A stretch of DNA of 32,490 nucleotides from contig DF237724.1 of NCBI GenBank assembly GCA_000708835.1, forward strand, positions 1 through 32,490. The letters are read 5' to 3'. A program made the position numbers and the translations under genes. Of this stretch, positions 30,715 to 32,490 are shown piece after piece. Position 1 is the first letter of the stretch. The number at the start of each line of letters is the position of its first letter. Origin of the DNA: Klebsormidium nitens (taxonomy: Eukaryota; Plantae; Klebsormidiophyceae). The notes under the pieces are model-generated. The model worked only from the letters and a program-made list of their open reading frames with translations. It had not been told where the DNA came from and ran no database searches.

Positions 30715-31373
30715 AGCGCACAGTCAGAATGTACCAAGAAACGCCGTATTACTTCTTAAGAATCTAAGGGGCGTTTTCTGGTACATCTTGCGGGGCATGG
30801 CCGGCATTGCAAAAGGTTTGAGGCCGCTGCAGCTTTCTGGCGGCGGGGACACCCGGTTGACGTACTGCAGAGTCCTTTCGATTCAGGGAACGTTCTTGCA
30901 CGTACCGTGGCAAGCGATATTGTACTATTTCTCACTCGACGGAATTTAATGGACATTTCCTGGTACATCCTGGCAGGCATGGCGGGCCCCTCAAACGGTG
31001 TGAGCTTTTCATTCAGGAGACAGCTCGGAGGGAGTCGTGAACGTGTACCAAGAAATGCTGTGTTACTAAAGAATCTAATGGGTCTTTTCCTGGTACACCT
31101 TCAAGTTGCAGGGTATGGCCGGCCCCGACTTTCGTCCATCCAGTGCACAATGAGCCTGTACCAGGAAACGCTGTATTACTTCTAAAGAATCAAATGGGTG
31201 ATTTCTTGGTGCACCTTCCAGTTGCAGGGTATGGCCGGCCATCCCCATCAAGCACACAAACCGTTCCGTCCAGCGCACAATCGTTCTGTACCAAGAAACG
31301 CTTCTTTGTATTACATCTAAAGAATCTAACGGGTCCTTTTCTGGTACACATGCAAGCTGCAGGGTATGGCCGG
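30715..31373. repeat. Array of five imperfect 75-100-bp repeats, each containing an inverted repeat, separated by variable spacers
   Basis: Units at about 30715-30804, 30901-30986 (degenerate), 31044-31122, 31140-31238 and 31270-31373. Core: TGTACCARGAAACGC-TGTATTAC-TTCTAAAGAATCTAA-GGG-TTTTCYTGGTACA-..GCAGGGTATGGCCGG. Confidence 0.9.
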
Positions 31374-31697
31374 ACTAATCGTCTACGAGAATTTGTGGGA
31401 GAGCGCTGAGCCTTTGCTTGAATCGTAAAGGCCCATTCTTTGCGGCTCAAGTCGCTGCCAGACCTCGCCGTCCCTTGCCAGCTCTGAGTCACGTACTGCC
31501 ACTATGGTACAGATTTTGCCAGTAAGCATGGTCAGCAAGCTACAAGCATGGCTCGCATAACCATAACAGAAGGCAGTCGAGAAAGGCGGTCGTTTCTTTC
31601 CAAAACAGAGTCGCCCCCTTTGCAATCTCAAGGGGGTCACCGGGACTTAGGGCCATCGAAACCTGCTCAAAATCAATGCTTTCTCCTCGGTGCCAGG

Positions 31698-32490
31698 ATG
31701 AATCTCGTGACGGCATCCCGTGACGGAAAAGAACCGTCTGGCATCGTGCTCATCTCCTCGACCACCCCAGCGGCCTCAGCGACCCTGCACAACACCTTGA
31801 AGGCCGGTCAAGCAGTCAGAAGTTGTGCGGCAGTCCACTTCCAAGGCCCGGCTCTAGTCTTCAGCGACATCAGGAGCGTCCCGGCGGCCGTCCCGCCCTT
31901 GCCAAATGCTGGGGGTGTGCGAGGGGGCCGCCCCTCCTATGCGGCAAAGCAGGGAGCCGCCGACTTTGCGTTCGACTACGGGCTCGCCTTCAGCTTGCGG
32001 CCTGCAGAGGCTTTTGCTCGGGGCGGATCCGGCTCAACGTGCCTCGGGCGCGCATGCGGCAGGAAGGGGGCGGTCTACGCTCGAGGGGGCGAACCCTTTA
32101 TTTGGGAGCGAAAACGAAACCGAGGCGGAGCAGTCATCTGCCGAGGCGGAGGGGGGCATCTCTTGTGCTTGCGGTGCGTGGAGGCCCAGTACGAAGAAGG
32201 AAGCCCCTTTATTTCGAGCGCATCCGGGGGCCCTGTTCCTCAGCAAGAGCTCTTCACAAAGTACGAAGTGGTCCCCAGCACGAAAGAGGTTCGGGAGGTA
32301 CGGTCGGGGGAGGAGGCGAGCGAGGGCGGCCACCAATTCTTCGTGCAAAGGAGGGATCTCGCCCCCTGCCCGTATTGCCGTGAGCCCAAGGCGGCCGCTC
32401 TGGCGAGGCGCGGTGTCAAGAGAACGCTTGAAGAGGGGCCGAGCCCACGAGAGCTTGGCACGGTGGCGCTCCTGTCGGAGTTGAGTCGAA
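31698..32490 (+). CDS. Intronless ORF of at least 264 codons, open to the window edge, with RING-like Cys/His pattern; function unknown
   Basis: The frame from ATG 31698 has no stop to 32490, so it is absent from the supplied track. It encodes CLGRAC..VICRGGGGHLLCLRC..CPYC. It may be an internal exon, since a CAG| acceptor-like site lies at 31696. All three + frames are open over part of this GC-rich stretch, which weakens the call. Confidence 0.5.
   Translation, partial: MNLVTASRDGKEPSGIVLISSTTPAASATLHNTLKAGQAVRSCAAVHFQGPALVFSDIRSVPAAVPPLPNAGGVRGGRPSYAAKQGAADFAFDYGLAFSLRPAEAFARGGSGSTCLGRACGRKGAVYARGGEPFIWERKRNRGGAVICRGGGGHLLCLRCVEAQYEEGSPFISSASGGPVPQQELFTKYEVVPSTKEVREVRSGEEASEGGHQFFVQRRDLAPCPYCREPKAAALARRGVKRTLEEGPSPRELGTVALLSELSR

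Noticed and set aside
29874-30767. Four long poly-X ORFs
   Set aside because: Artefacts of translating the N gap.
30730-30785. Hairpin units as recombination sites for the Crypton recombinase
   Set aside because: YR core sites have inverted arms around a 6-8-bp spacer. Here the spacer is about 35 bp and the array is 25 kb from the gene.
30715-31373. CRISPR array interpretation of the repeat-spacer pattern
   Set aside because: Repeats are 75-100 bp and divergent, spacer lengths are irregular, there are no cas genes, and the context is eukaryotic and intron-rich.
1-32490. tRNA, rRNA, LTR or TIR elements
   Set aside because: No cloverleaf, rRNA-like segment, long terminal repeat, or reverse transcriptase/DDE transposase motif recognised by eye.

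Overview
Eukaryotic, intron-rich genomic DNA with GT-AG introns and two GC-AG introns. The land-plant-like orthologues and gene style suggest a streptophyte green alga such as Klebsormidium; this is inference. Most six-frame ORFs are exon fragments or antisense shadows, so I assembled gene models by hand from splice sites and checked phase. From left to right: (1) a 5'-truncated, 9-exon CryptonF-like tyrosine recombinase gene (Ndc10-II-like YR domain plus C-terminal GCR1_C) that keeps the R-K-HxxR-W-Y catalytic residues but carries two apparent frameshifts; (2) an unresolved region at about 6.1-8.5 kb; (3) an Sfp/AASDHPPT-type 4'-phosphopantetheinyl transferase (+); (4) a membrane RING-H2 E3 ligase (-); (5) TDP1 (alpha type, FHA) with two MIU-like ubiquitin-binding helices and decayed tandem pseudo-exon copies in one intron (+); (6) a large, frameshifted 2OG-Fe(II) oxygenase gene (-); (7) a 707-N gap; (8) an array of about 75-100-bp hairpin repeats; (9) an intronless ORF with split RING-like Cys/His spacing that runs off the right edge. 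Three intergenic tracts of about 0.55-0.7 kb, dense in short palindromes, lie just downstream of gene 3' ends; two sit between confirmed convergent pairs. The best leads are the Crypton-like element, the palindrome tracts, the hairpin array with its ORF, and the ubiquitin-binding motifs in TDP1.
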